IMG/VR virus record: IMGVR_UViG_3300026484_000087
Location: 124,001-188,000 of that record
DNA: 64,000 bases
Direction: 5' to 3' (one strand)
Under the pieces are notes generated by a model. The model was not told the origin of the DNA. It saw nothing but the letters and a program-made list of their open reading frames with translations, and ran no database searches. The position numbers and the translations under genes are program-made. Shown here piece after piece: positions 19,901 through 29,605 of this stretch; positions within the stretch are counted from its first letter, which is position 1, and each line of letters opens with the position of its first letter.

Positions 19901-22900
19901 AAAGATACTATAGTTAGTAAAGTATCTCCTATTAGTAAGAAGATAAGTCATGTTACTAATAAGTATACATTTAAGAAACCTACAATCGATGAAAAAGATA
20001 CTAATGCGGAAGAAGTTAGTAAGAAAGTAGAAAAGAAAACTACTAAACAAACTTATAAACCAAAACCGAGTAGAAAATATATTAAGAAAGAAGCAGGTGA
20101 AGTAATACCTGGTAAACCTACTATTATAGCTGGTAAGGCTTCTAGTTATAAATCTGCAGTAGTTCCTGATAGAAAACCTACATTTGATTTCAGCGATAAC
20201 AATGCTAAACAGGCTATAATTGATAAATTGAAGTTTACTAAAGGTGGACAGTATAAGTTCAGTTCTTCAGCGGATGTAGAGCAATTAAAAGATATACTTA
20301 AGTTACCGGCTATACCTGTTAAAATAGTTAGATTGTTATTAGATTTTAATTTTATAGGAACAATAGGTTCTGATAGCACAATGCCAGCATCATTTAGTGC
20401 AGCATTCGTAAAAGAGGTACCTGGTCTAAAAGATGACTATCTATTCTTAATAACTAAACAAACTTTAGATATGGCAGAGGCTAATCCAGAAGTACTTATA
20501 GAAATGATATCTCATGAACATGAGCATTTGGTTCAAACTACTGATGGTAGATTAAGATTTCCTCAACAGGATGAAAGTATAGCTGGTCACTACTACAGTG
20601 AAATAGATTTTGATAAAGATAAATTCAAAACAGCTACACATTTAATACCGTTTAAACATTACTTAGATTCTCCATGGGAAACAGAAGCATATAGAGAAGG
20701 TTACTCTAATGTATATGATTACTATATAGAGAATGGTATAATACCTGAAAAGACGACTAGAGAAGAGTTTATAAAACAAGCTCAAGACACTAACTTCAAA
20801 CAGATAAGAGACCAGAACAAAGTAATACTTAAACAATATGAGGATTTATTTAAACAGAATAATGCTCCATGGTATTATGATAAAGAAGGAGATATCGATT
20901 ATGATAAAATACCTTCTTTAAAAGCTATGCAAGAAACGCCTACAAGTTTCACATACGAAAGTCCAAATGGGCCAGATGACGGTGTAGTAGATGTTAATGC
21001 GGAACAGATTGATATTGGAGGCGATCCAAAAGTTGCTGCCGGTATAAAAACTGATAGAAAAGAAACCTTAAAAGATAAGCTATCTAGACAAAAAGATAAA
21101 CTTGTAAATACTGGAAAAGATATAAGTAAAAAGGTTACTGCTAATAAAACAGTAGATAAACTATTACATAAAAATAAAGATCTTACTAAGATGTCTTTTA
21201 GTACTGAAGATAATAGCTTTAATAAGTTAGCTCCGGTTAAAAGAGAAAATAGAATAGATAGTTTTATACAAAGTACTAAGGATACTGTTAAGGATACAAA
21301 GGATACTGTTGTAAACAGTAAACTATATAAAGACAGCATTGAAAAAATAAAATATATAGAAACATTCTTATCTAATAAAGTAGATAAAATAGTAACTCCA
21401 GATATTAAGAGAACAGTTATAGATAAAATAGATTCTTATGTTCTTGATAAAATGACAGCTCTTGGTAAGATAGATACTGATGATAAACGTAAAACATATG
21501 ATGGATTACAGAGTGCTAGGGATAAACTAAAAGCTATAGATGTAAATAAAAATACAACTAAGGATTTTATAAATAGTACAAAATCGGTATATTCAGATAT
21601 AAATAAATTTGGTCCGAATGAATTTAAAGAACTGGTATCTGATATAAAAACTAAATCTATAGATAAGCTTACTGAATTTAAAGGTAGGGTTGAAGATAAC
21701 GTTGCTATAAACAATATAAAAGATGATGTTATTGAAAGAGCTACTGACGTTAAAGAGTTTGTAGACAATAATGAAACAGTTAAAAACATAAAAAACTCTG
21801 TTAGTAATGTTGTTAAAGTTAATGATATAAAAGATAGTAAAGCTGGTAAGTTAATTAAAAAACATATTCCTAAAAGTTTTACTGATAGTATAGCCAACAT
21901 TAAATCTACTGTATTTGATGCTCCTAAGGATGAGAGAGTACATGAGTTCGATGTTAATGAAGAAGATAAAACTGAACAACAGGAACTAAAAGATATTCTG
22001 TTTAAGATAACTGATAGTTCTGATTCAGATAGTCTTAGATTAAATCTAAAAATATATTTGGAAAAAGTAAATAAAGAGATAGATAAAGTAAGTGACTTCA
22101 TTTCTAAAGATAAAGAAAGAGAACTTAAGTTTAGAGGAAGAGTAGATAAGTTAAAGAACATTAGTGAAAAACTATTTAATATAGACATTAATGAAAGTTC
22201 TACTATAAAAGATCTATCTAAAGAACTTAATGAGGGATTAGGTACTCTTATATCTGACGTTACGCCATCTAAGTTTAAAACTAGTAGCGGTCCAACGAAA
22301 GAAGAAGAGGATAAAGCTAAAGAAGAAAGTAAAGAAGATTCATTATTAGATATACTTGATTCTGATAATCCTATAGATGCATTACAAAGTAAAATTAAGA
22401 ATGCCGTTAAGTCTAAAATAAAAGGCTTATTAAAATCTGGAGTTAAAGGTGCTTTTAACTTAGGTAAAGGTATTATTCAGAGAGATATTGAACGTGGTAA
22501 AAAACTTAGAGCGTTCCTTAAAAAGAAACTATTTGATAAAAAGGATGGTTCACCTGGATTTGTTAAAACTAAACTAAATAAAGGTTTAAACTTTGCTGGT
22601 AAGGTTTTAAGAAAAGGTAAAGATCTAGCATCTGATATAAATGATAAAAGCATAAATGTAGTTAAAGCTGATATCAGAAATGGTGAACGTCTTAGAGGCA
22701 TGCTCTTTAAAAGTAAATCTAAAGATAATGAAACAAAACATGAAGAAGCTAAAACTACAGTAGAACCTATTGTCAAGATATCTAGTGCTACAAAAGATGA
22801 AAAAGTAAAAGAGATATCCGATAATGCTAAGGGTACAGTCAAAAAGAAAAAACCTATTAAATCTAAGAAATCTCATAAACAAAAAAGAGGAATAATAGAT

Positions 22901-25864
22901 CCTTCTACTATTATATATACTAGAGGAGAACATGGACAACGTGTACTTAAGAAAACTAGTATAGCTGGAAGTTCTAATAAACTTAGTACTAGTGCTGACA
23001 GAGATGGTGATGGTAGACGTGATGGTTCTTGGTTGGATAAGGTCTCTAAAACAAAAGATGATAAGGTAAAAGCATCTAAGAAAACAAAACAAGTAAAAGG
23101 TATATCTGGTAGTGCCAATGTAGTTAAATCTGCTTTCGATAGAGATGGTAGCGGTAGACGTGATGGTTCTTGGTTGGATAGACTTAAAAAGAAAAAAGAT
23201 ACTGCGATAAATAGTGGAAAGAACATATTAGCTAAGGCTAAAGAAAAAGGTTTTTCATGGTTGCCTATGTTAATTGGTGCTTTTGGTTTCTTAAAACCAT
23301 TGTTGGGCAAATTAATTGGTGGCGTAAGTAGTTTAGGTAAATTTATAGTAAATGGTGTTGGAAGTGCTTTTAAATCTGTTGGTAGTTTCTTATTAAATGG
23401 AATTAAAGGAATCTTCGGATCATTGGGTAAAATGTTATCTGGTCCATTAGAGGCTGTTAAGGGTTTTGTTTCTAATGGTATAGACAAAGCCAAGGCTGTT
23501 GCTGGAAAAGCTCTTGATGCTGCTAAGAATGCCGGTAGTAAGGTATTAGAAGTAGCTAAGAATTCTAAAGCTGGCAAAATTGTTGCTAACGTTGCAAGTA
23601 AGGCAAAAAATGCCATTGTATCAGGTGGATCTAAATTATTAAACGGAGTTAAGAATTCTAAGGTGGGTGGTGTAGTTGCTAAAGTAGCTAAGAAGATACC
23701 TACTGATGGAATACTTAAACTTCTTAAATCTTTTAAAGGTTTAATATTTAAGAAACTAGGTAAAAAAGCAGGGGCCACAGTTGCTGCTAAATTGGCTGGT
23801 AAAGTTGCATCTAGAATTGTTCCATTTGCCGGAGCAGCATTACTTGCTTATGATGCTGCTAAAATAGGTTATGATGTCTTCCATAATGGTACTAGTCTTA
23901 AGAGTGCCATATCTAAACAGATTCTTGGATTTGATTTATTTAGTAAAGACGATGTACCTAAAGATGAGGATGGTAATCCTATAAAACCAGATGAGCAAAC
24001 CTCGGAAGCTTCTAAAGGTAAAAAAGATAATTCAGCTAAAGTAGAAGCAGTTGTTAAAAAGAAAGTTAAACAAGCTGGATTCATAGATGTTGACGGTAAG
24101 AAAGTAAGGGTTTCTACTAAACAAATGGCTATGATAAAGGATTTAATGGATAAGGGTGAAAGTCAAAAAGCCTTAATGTTATTAAATACTTTAAAAGAAC
24201 AACAATATAAAGATAAAGATAATGATGCTAAAAATAAAGCGTTAGAAGAAGAGAATAATAAAATAGACGAATTTAATTCTAAGATAGATGAAAATAAAAC
24301 ACAATCTAAAAAAGTAATCAAAAAGAAAAGTAAAAAACTTAATAAAGTTATTTCTATTCTTAATGGCGATAAAAAGAAAATAAGCAAGAAAATAGATAAA
24401 GTATTTGAAGATAAGAATATTAATATAAAAGAAAAAAGAAAAAGAATAAGTAAATTAACGTATATAATAAACAGCATAAATACGATAATTCATGAATTAA
24501 AAAATAGTTACGATATAAATGATCCTGAGGATATTGAAGAACTTGTTAGTTTATATGGTAAAGGCTATAAATATGCTTTAAGTAAATCATTATTAGATAC
24601 TCTTAATGGCATAGATAAAAATACAAAAGATATAAATACAAAGGTAAAAAGTAAATATTTAAAAGATCTTAAAGAAGATAAGGATAACAATATAGAAAAA
24701 CCTAAGGAAGAAAAAGGTTTACTTAGTAGAGCTGCAGATAGCATAAAGAATTTCTTTGGATTTAGTAGTAAGAGAGAAGAACCTACTACAATGACCCCTA
24801 GTATTAATAGTGCCAGTACAAACAGTGGCGGTAAGATAGCAAAACTTAAACCTATGACCGCTACTGATAGTGATCTTATCTCGGACCTTAAACGTGATGA
24901 GGGAGTTGTATTACATACATATAAAGATCATCTAGGTTATAAAACCATAGGCACAGGACATCTTACTGATGAACGTAAAGGAGGCATTCCATTACGTAAA
25001 ATAATTGGTGAAGATAAAGATAATATCACTATGGATGAAAATGATACTATATTGAAATATGATATAGATAGAACATCTAAAGAGGTAGAATCTAAAATAC
25101 CATGGTTAAAGAAAAAACCAGAACCGGTTAAAAAATCTATTATTAACATGGCGTTTAACTTAGGTACTAATGGATTACTTAAATTCAAAAATACTTTAAA
25201 ACATGTTAAGAATGATGAGTACAATGAGGCTGCTCATGGCATGCTTAATAGTAAATGGGCAAGACAAGTTGGTAATCGTGCTACAAGAATAGCTAGTACC
25301 GTTGCTTCTGTAGATTATGCTACAGCAAAACAACATGATAATAAAGTTACTGAAAAGCCTTCTGTATTTAATACAGATAAAGCTATAAGTAATAGTAGAA
25401 AAGTTGTTCCAGTAGCTAATAATGTTACCTATAAACCAAGACCTAAAACTGAAGTTAAATCAGTTGCTAAAGTTGAAAGTGTAGCAGCTCCTGTTAGTAC
25501 TACAAATACTAGTATAGGTAAAACTATAACTAAGAATACTACCAAAATAAAAGATCCAGCTAAAACTTTAGCGGTTGAAAGTAATAAAAAACTATCTGCT
25601 GTTGGAGAAGTTAGCGATAAATCATTAAGCGAATTAAAAACACTTAATAAGACAATGACTGATTCTCTAGATATACAGAGACAAACATTAGAAGCAATGA
25701 CTCAAATGTTAAATTTGAATCACGACATGCATAATAGAAGTTTAAGTATGGATAAAGATATAGTGGATGTAGAGGTATCTAAAACAAAAAAAATAGCTCC
25801 TCCGCAAATGCAATCTATGCCTAAACCAGCTATGGGACTTGAAAAAAGAAGTTTCGCAAGTTAA
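16934..25864 (+). CDS. giant tail-associated protein (phiKZ gp181-like) with C-terminal T4-type lysozyme and internal HExxH domain
   Basis: 2976 aa, divergent from the RNAP gene; YYRKSLELQY, N.ALPDLVK and ITKIIPSLL motifs; two DRDG.GRRDGSWLD repeats; DEG...YKD.LG..TIG lysozyme motif. Confidence 0.88.
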   Translation: MADDTEIDLDDDIGLDDDDMDFGFEDPFSEPPPPKDTREAVSRSISKVGSSFMDEFTDDKVEVASEMVKASIPKRLSTEASGYGSVVDSFKKDLNTSGTEIKNAAIPMIKAVESFVPEGGRLESFMNLAKEKLGMNEEERTSEDIAADAAARAAGSVAEVLGEFQDKETAKDAINSVIQNKKDLSNIELQAGMAGHLEAMSNFNIDVTNAYYRKSLELQYRHLFTANEQLDITKQGFETFKNQLESIVANSALPDLVKTKNSEFMKHRLLERAGESLFARTGVFDSLKKKLSAEVQGVTSIIANGMTGLGDAADMVKSTAEMSEMAGGKEGMLGSLMAGGVKGFVGNKIGDIFGKTAIGKKGIDLVKDLTMDMSGTFDNLAENREDGLLKNIFSGLSSFTSNEDEERSFGINKIDRDGVALFDGKVHTSITKIIPSLLSKILKEVSSSRSGNEEEELRFDYDTGSFKTKSDISDNLTTKLDNKLLDSGTTFSIDRILNDIDKEIKLNLSEEELADIKENILMYTINGKSLNPKTLEKNGFYDDLNPELADKFKTAIDKYLNVEDDKLRDTRVSFLNKELNNIKTNAPSPQDILESYDSSGSMDVLVDKGFVKLDEKTGDYKLDKDNYRELLGKSVRNIKDKEEVKDKEYKSFAEKLLADKMKKAGISKDEESVTNEPSSNTGKFFKGIATSVKGFSTNLEQNAIDLVDGKKDISGKISELGKGTKEYITGKKDLSNLSFSTEASDDFNPLAPIKVKRSLLTDFKTGKDFVSGIHSISDVKNILESTDKYKTIESKIKAVKKLAEESENPKEFVESFRKTDEYKKLSTSGKAAIDKVSGTISTVGKAIKEDVENTKTFKTAETAVTRGKKLASDVVNSKPIKKITESKIVTNAIEDLDGIKTKVTNLANLSDMSTVVEELWVKVESKIEELEALDKNDVINKRIEALRNLSSDIEKFEVDENNINESRKTVLGFISTLSKLLSTAIATDVKDTIVSKVSPISKKISHVTNKYTFKKPTIDEKDTNAEEVSKKVEKKTTKQTYKPKPSRKYIKKEAGEVIPGKPTIIAGKASSYKSAVVPDRKPTFDFSDNNAKQAIIDKLKFTKGGQYKFSSSADVEQLKDILKLPAIPVKIVRLLLDFNFIGTIGSDSTMPASFSAAFVKEVPGLKDDYLFLITKQTLDMAEANPEVLIEMISHEHEHLVQTTDGRLRFPQQDESIAGHYYSEIDFDKDKFKTATHLIPFKHYLDSPWETEAYREGYSNVYDYYIENGIIPEKTTREEFIKQAQDTNFKQIRDQNKVILKQYEDLFKQNNAPWYYDKEGDIDYDKIPSLKAMQETPTSFTYESPNGPDDGVVDVNAEQIDIGGDPKVAAGIKTDRKETLKDKLSRQKDKLVNTGKDISKKVTANKTVDKLLHKNKDLTKMSFSTEDNSFNKLAPVKRENRIDSFIQSTKDTVKDTKDTVVNSKLYKDSIEKIKYIETFLSNKVDKIVTPDIKRTVIDKIDSYVLDKMTALGKIDTDDKRKTYDGLQSARDKLKAIDVNKNTTKDFINSTKSVYSDINKFGPNEFKELVSDIKTKSIDKLTEFKGRVEDNVAINNIKDDVIERATDVKEFVDNNETVKNIKNSVSNVVKVNDIKDSKAGKLIKKHIPKSFTDSIANIKSTVFDAPKDERVHEFDVNEEDKTEQQELKDILFKITDSSDSDSLRLNLKIYLEKVNKEIDKVSDFISKDKERELKFRGRVDKLKNISEKLFNIDINESSTIKDLSKELNEGLGTLISDVTPSKFKTSSGPTKEEEDKAKEESKEDSLLDILDSDNPIDALQSKIKNAVKSKIKGLLKSGVKGAFNLGKGIIQRDIERGKKLRAFLKKKLFDKKDGSPGFVKTKLNKGLNFAGKVLRKGKDLASDINDKSINVVKADIRNGERLRGMLFKSKSKDNETKHEEAKTTVEPIVKISSATKDEKVKEISDNAKGTVKKKKPIKSKKSHKQKRGIIDPSTIIYTRGEHGQRVLKKTSIAGSSNKLSTSADRDGDGRRDGSWLDKVSKTKDDKVKASKKTKQVKGISGSANVVKSAFDRDGSGRRDGSWLDRLKKKKDTAINSGKNILAKAKEKGFSWLPMLIGAFGFLKPLLGKLIGGVSSLGKFIVNGVGSAFKSVGSFLLNGIKGIFGSLGKMLSGPLEAVKGFVSNGIDKAKAVAGKALDAAKNAGSKVLEVAKNSKAGKIVANVASKAKNAIVSGGSKLLNGVKNSKVGGVVAKVAKKIPTDGILKLLKSFKGLIFKKLGKKAGATVAAKLAGKVASRIVPFAGAALLAYDAAKIGYDVFHNGTSLKSAISKQILGFDLFSKDDVPKDEDGNPIKPDEQTSEASKGKKDNSAKVEAVVKKKVKQAGFIDVDGKKVRVSTKQMAMIKDLMDKGESQKALMLLNTLKEQQYKDKDNDAKNKALEEENNKIDEFNSKIDENKTQSKKVIKKKSKKLNKVISILNGDKKKISKKIDKVFEDKNINIKEKRKRISKLTYIINSINTIIHELKNSYDINDPEDIEELVSLYGKGYKYALSKSLLDTLNGIDKNTKDINTKVKSKYLKDLKEDKDNNIEKPKEEKGLLSRAADSIKNFFGFSSKREEPTTMTPSINSASTNSGGKIAKLKPMTATDSDLISDLKRDEGVVLHTYKDHLGYKTIGTGHLTDERKGGIPLRKIIGEDKDNITMDENDTILKYDIDRTSKEVESKIPWLKKKPEPVKKSIINMAFNLGTNGLLKFKNTLKHVKNDEYNEAAHGMLNSKWARQVGNRATRIASTVASVDYATAKQHDNKVTEKPSVFNTDKAISNSRKVVPVANNVTYKPRPKTEVKSVAKVESVAAPVSTTNTSIGKTITKNTTKIKDPAKTLAVESNKKLSAVGEVSDKSLSELKTLNKTMTDSLDIQRQTLEAMTQMLNLNHDMHNRSLSMDKDIVDVEVSKTKKIAPPQMQSMPKPAMGLEKRSFAS
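22997..23180 (+). repeat. two intragenic DRDG(D/S)GRRDGSWLD repeats
   Basis: GGTAGACGTGATGGTTCTTGGTTGGATA occurs twice, 141 bp apart. Confidence 0.85.
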
Positions 25865-25871
25865 AACATAT

Positions 25872-25906
25872 CATATAGTACATAGGTTAAACCTATGTAC
25901 TATATG
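25872..25906. terminator. hairpin between convergent genes
   Basis: CATATAGTACATAGGT-TAA-ACCTATGTACTATATG. Confidence 0.7.
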
Positions 25907-25907
25907 T

Positions 25908-26513
25908 TTATATGTCTTTTATTTCTATTTCAAACGGTACGCCATCAAACATAGATTTATTTTTATCCACTTTGGACTCTTTTATTAAATCCAATATTAG
26001 GTCATCCCATTTGCTTTTGTCATTATTTCTTATAATATTATATACATCATTAATTATGCTAACATAACTAGTAGCTGATGTATTGTAATCGGTAACAGTG
26101 GATTCTAATCCGCATGAACTAAATTTACTTATATTAAAAGATGTAAATTTTATATCTCTATCTAATTCTAAAAGATCTTTTAATAAAGTTTTATCACCAA
26201 TGATTCTACTGTAAGCTAAATGGATAACTATCGACCAGTAGTTTATAACACTTGCTTTCTTACCTTTAGGTATCTTAGCTATATCCTTTGGAGATAGTTT
26301 GTTTTTGCTAATAAACTTTTTAGGATAATCCGGAATGAGAATATAATCCATTGCAGTTCTTAAACAGCTAATTTTACCGATTAAAGTCATAACGGGGTTA
26401 AATGTAGCAGTATATGCTAAACGTCTACCTATCTTACTTGCAGTCTGTGAACTAACGTTAATGTAGTTTATTTCTTCTACATCTTCTGGTTTTACTTTAT
26501 ATAGTTTACGCAT
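25908..26513 (-). CDS. hypothetical protein
   Basis: 201-aa ORF with RBS. Confidence 0.7.
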   Translation of the reverse strand: MRKLYKVKPEDVEEINYINVSSQTASKIGRRLAYTATFNPVMTLIGKISCLRTAMDYILIPDYPKKFISKNKLSPKDIAKIPKGKKASVINYWSIVIHLAYSRIIGDKTLLKDLLELDRDIKFTSFNISKFSSCGLESTVTDYNTSATSYVSIINDVYNIIRNNDKSKWDDLILDLIKESKVDKNKSMFDGVPFEIEIKDI

Positions 26514-26528
26514 AAATATCCTTTAATA

Positions 26529-26954
26529 TTATAAATCTTTTGTTACATCATAAGCATATAGTTTAATTATAAACATTATACCCATACTACTATTAAGTTC
26601 ATCTTTATCTGGTTCAACTAGATCTTTGAAACTACTTGGCATATGTAAACTGTCCACAGTTGCATTTAAAGATGTAAATAGTTCTTCAGCTAAGTCATCT
26701 ACATATAGTTCATTTACTATAAGTTTCAATTTAAGATTTAGAATAAATTCTAATTTTAAATCCTGATCATCCTTACTCTTCTTTATGTTATCCATAATGG
26801 TATCGATACCACTCTTATTAAAGAACATAATAATATTAACTTTAGATAAGAAGTTTATAAAATCCAGTATTGTTCTAGTATCCTTGTCGCAAGTACAGAC
26901 GTCCCTAATAACGCTTTTCATAGTTCTAACTATGATATCTTGTCTATTTTCCAT
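26529..26954 (-). CDS. hypothetical protein
   Basis: 141-aa ORF overlapping the upstream gene end. Confidence 0.65.
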   Translation of the reverse strand: MENRQDIIVRTMKSVIRDVCTCDKDTRTILDFINFLSKVNIIMFFNKSGIDTIMDNIKKSKDDQDLKLEFILNLKLKLIVNELYVDDLAEELFTSLNATVDSLHMPSSFKDLVEPDKDELNSSMGIMFIIKLYAYDVTKDL

Positions 26955-27624
26955 TGTCTAAATCCTTCAAAACAGTTATCTCATGCTGGCTTTCTCTATT
27001 GCTAGCATGTTTTATATCTGTTACTAATCTTAACTTTGTTACATTTAATAAGTTAAATATAACATCCACAAAGACACTCCATGTTATTTCTTTGGCGTTT
27101 ATATTGCCATTCATAGATGATTTTGTCTTTTTCTTTATACCTTTGTCAGATTTTATATATTCGTCTAACAATTTCTTTCTAGAATCTTTATCGTCAAGTT
27201 TTAAATCCACTAACACTTTTTTTAATAGTTTAGCTAACAATCCATCCATATCTTTAACGGATGATTTTTTATTTACGGTAACAGAATGTAATGTCGTTAC
27301 TTGTTCTTCAGATTCGCTAGGTTTTCTAGTTATCTGTATGGATAAAACAAGTTCCTTTATATTAAGCAGGTTAAATAGAATATAAATAAATGTCTTCCAC
27401 GTAATTTCATCAGCAGTGATGTTATTAAACATAGTTGACCTAGTTATGGTTCTATCTACATTAGTCTTATTATACTTGTTAATTCTAACGTACCTATCTA
27501 CTAAATAGGTAATGCTTTTTATTAAGTTTAACTCCATAAACATTTTATGTAGTAATTTAGCTAAAACAGAATTTTCTTTATTGTTAGAAGATTTATCTGT
27601 GATCTTCTTTAACTTGTTCTTCAT
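26944..27624 (-). CDS. hypothetical protein with a tandemly duplicated domain
   Basis: LAKLL...EITW..F....FNLLN occurs twice; AGGA RBS favours the start at 27624. Confidence 0.7.
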   Translation of the reverse strand: MKNKLKKITDKSSNNKENSVLAKLLHKMFMELNLIKSITYLVDRYVRINKYNKTNVDRTITRSTMFNNITADEITWKTFIYILFNLLNIKELVLSIQITRKPSESEEQVTTLHSVTVNKKSSVKDMDGLLAKLLKKVLVDLKLDDKDSRKKLLDEYIKSDKGIKKKTKSSMNGNINAKEITWSVFVDVIFNLLNVTKLRLVTDIKHASNRESQHEITVLKDLDNGK

Positions 27625-27709
27625 TTGTTTTTTCCTTATCATATCTCTTATTTTTAAGATATCAGTTGCCTACCCGTTGTTTGAACATCCATTATTTTTT
27701 ACATGTTTT

Positions 27710-28189
27710 TTATTCCTCCTTAACTTGGTTATTAATTATACCATCAATGATATTTTCTATATTAATAATATATGGCTGTATCTTCATCGATATCCAGTAT
27801 TTCTTTGTATCTTCAATGTTACTGTGGTAGTTATTGTATAATGTAACAAATTCTATTGCTATTGTTAGAAAGTCCAACCATTTCTTGTTACCATCTTCAT
27901 AAATTACATTATCCTTATTTGTATACCACATACTAAAACGCTTATTTTTTAATTTATTTTCTGTAATGTTATTAGCGTTAAATTCATCTATCTCTATATC
28001 ATTTATCATATTTGTTATAAGATCTATATACTCACCTATCGTGGGTTCTAAAGAATTTATTATAATGCTAGAGTTTGTTTTATATGGGTCCACTTTTACA
28101 TACTTATGTACACATATTAATTTTTTTATTAATGTTTTGCAGTTATAGCATTCTTTATTATAGAAAATCTTTTTAAATATATTTAACAT
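27710..28189 (-). CDS. hypothetical protein
   Basis: 159-aa ORF, AAGGA RBS. Confidence 0.65.
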   Translation of the reverse strand: MLNIFKKIFYNKECYNCKTLIKKLICVHKYVKVDPYKTNSSIIINSLEPTIGEYIDLITNMINDIEIDEFNANNITENKLKNKRFSMWYTNKDNVIYEDGNKKWLDFLTIAIEFVTLYNNYHSNIEDTKKYWISMKIQPYIINIENIIDGIINNQVKEE

Positions 28190-28276
28190 ATATAATCCTT
28201 ATTTATCTTTTCTCATCTATTAGTATGTCGTATAAATGATATTTTAATGAAGAATACAAGTTTATAAGGATTTGAT

Positions 28277-28684
28277 ATGGAAAATAATGAAGCAGGTCTA
28301 TTAAGTCAAGAAGACTTAGATCTATTAAGAGAAACCAGAAAGGTAAGAATGGATCTTATAAAAGATATGACCGTTGATGGAGTACCTACAAGAAGTGGCG
28401 ATATTAGAGTACTAAATGAAACTTTAGATGCCACTGATAGACAAGTTATGGAGTTAGCTAAATTAAAAGCTAAACAACAAGAGAATGATACTAATAATGC
28501 TGCAGTTGGTCTTGTTGTAGAGATACTTAATAAAGTTGGTGCTAGTGGACATAAGCAATTAACAAATGTTGAGGTGGAGCTACCAGATGACTTTATACCA
28601 GTTGATATAGTTCCAGGTGAAACGGATATAAACGCAGAAGAATTAGATTTAAGTAATTTTATAAGAGGTGGAGACGATGAATAG
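28277..28684 (+). CDS. hypothetical protein
   Basis: 135-aa ORF, AAGGA RBS. Confidence 0.7.
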   Translation: MENNEAGLLSQEDLDLLRETRKVRMDLIKDMTVDGVPTRSGDIRVLNETLDATDRQVMELAKLKAKQQENDTNNAAVGLVVEILNKVGASGHKQLTNVEVELPDDFIPVDIVPGETDINAEELDLSNFIRGGDDE

Positions 28685-29504
28685 TACAGTAAAGACTATA
28701 TATAATATTGATTTGTCGCTAGCTAATTTTAAAAGAAAGGATTATAAGCCATTACCAAATACTACGCTAAATGAAAAATTCAATGTTTTAATGGATGTAG
28801 ATAGTATGAATGTTGACAATCCAATACTTAAGGGTTATTGTTTAGGTAATGGCAATATAAAAACAATAGGTCAGGATTCTAAAACTTTTCTTCATTATGG
28901 CAATCATAGATCTATAGATGGTGCATTATATTCGCATATACCATTTTTGATTAGAGAGTTAGATAAAGATCTTGGTGTTACTGATAAAATGAAATATCGT
29001 TTAAGAAAAGAGATTCGCATTGATAATATTGATTATGTTGTTTACTATATGAAGGTTATAGAGGATGTTTCTGTGACTAATCAGATTTTGAACATAACGT
29101 CTAAAGATGGTACTTTGCCTAAATTAAGCGTATTTAATAGTAATGATGTGAGTATATTAAATCCAACTCCTAAAGAATATACTGATACCGTAACATCTAT
29201 AAAAGATGAATATGTTACAGTATCTGATCAAATAGCTTTAATACTAACTATGGATGAACTTAATGAAATAAAGAATGCTATGAGTATAATGGGTTTAGAT
29301 TCGGTAAGTACTAAAATAAATGAGTTAGCTATTTGTAGTGGAGTTGATGTTGTTAATCCAGAAGATATGACTATAGAATCTGCTTACAGTCAAGTTATGA
29401 TGTTTGTTGATTTGGATTATGATATTGAATTAGCCATTAATGAAAATAAAGGTTTTTATCGTGAGATAGAAATAGGTGGTATGGAGCCAATAAGTTTAAG
29501 GTAG
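28677..29504 (+). CDS. conserved phiKZ-like virion structural protein
   Basis: NTTLNEKF, LGNG, H...DGALY..IPF.IR and KYRLR motifs; GGAG RBS favours ATG 28677. Confidence 0.65.
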   Translation: MNSTVKTIYNIDLSLANFKRKDYKPLPNTTLNEKFNVLMDVDSMNVDNPILKGYCLGNGNIKTIGQDSKTFLHYGNHRSIDGALYSHIPFLIRELDKDLGVTDKMKYRLRKEIRIDNIDYVVYYMKVIEDVSVTNQILNITSKDGTLPKLSVFNSNDVSILNPTPKEYTDTVTSIKDEYVTVSDQIALILTMDELNEIKNAMSIMGLDSVSTKINELAICSGVDVVNPEDMTIESAYSQVMMFVDLDYDIELAINENKGFYREIEIGGMEPISLR

Positions 29505-29605
29505 TTTAAGTATCTGATATGGAGGCGACTTTTTTGGTTGTCTTCATATGTTATATAAATACATATAAACGTATTTTAATGATAATAAAGCATAAGGTTT
29601 AAAAA

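Noticed and set aside
17566-25224. Long antisense ORFs inside the giant tail gene (similar ones occur inside other large genes)
   Set aside because: These are Leu/Ser/Phe-rich shadow frames of Lys/Asp/Glu-rich sense codons with no recognisable motifs
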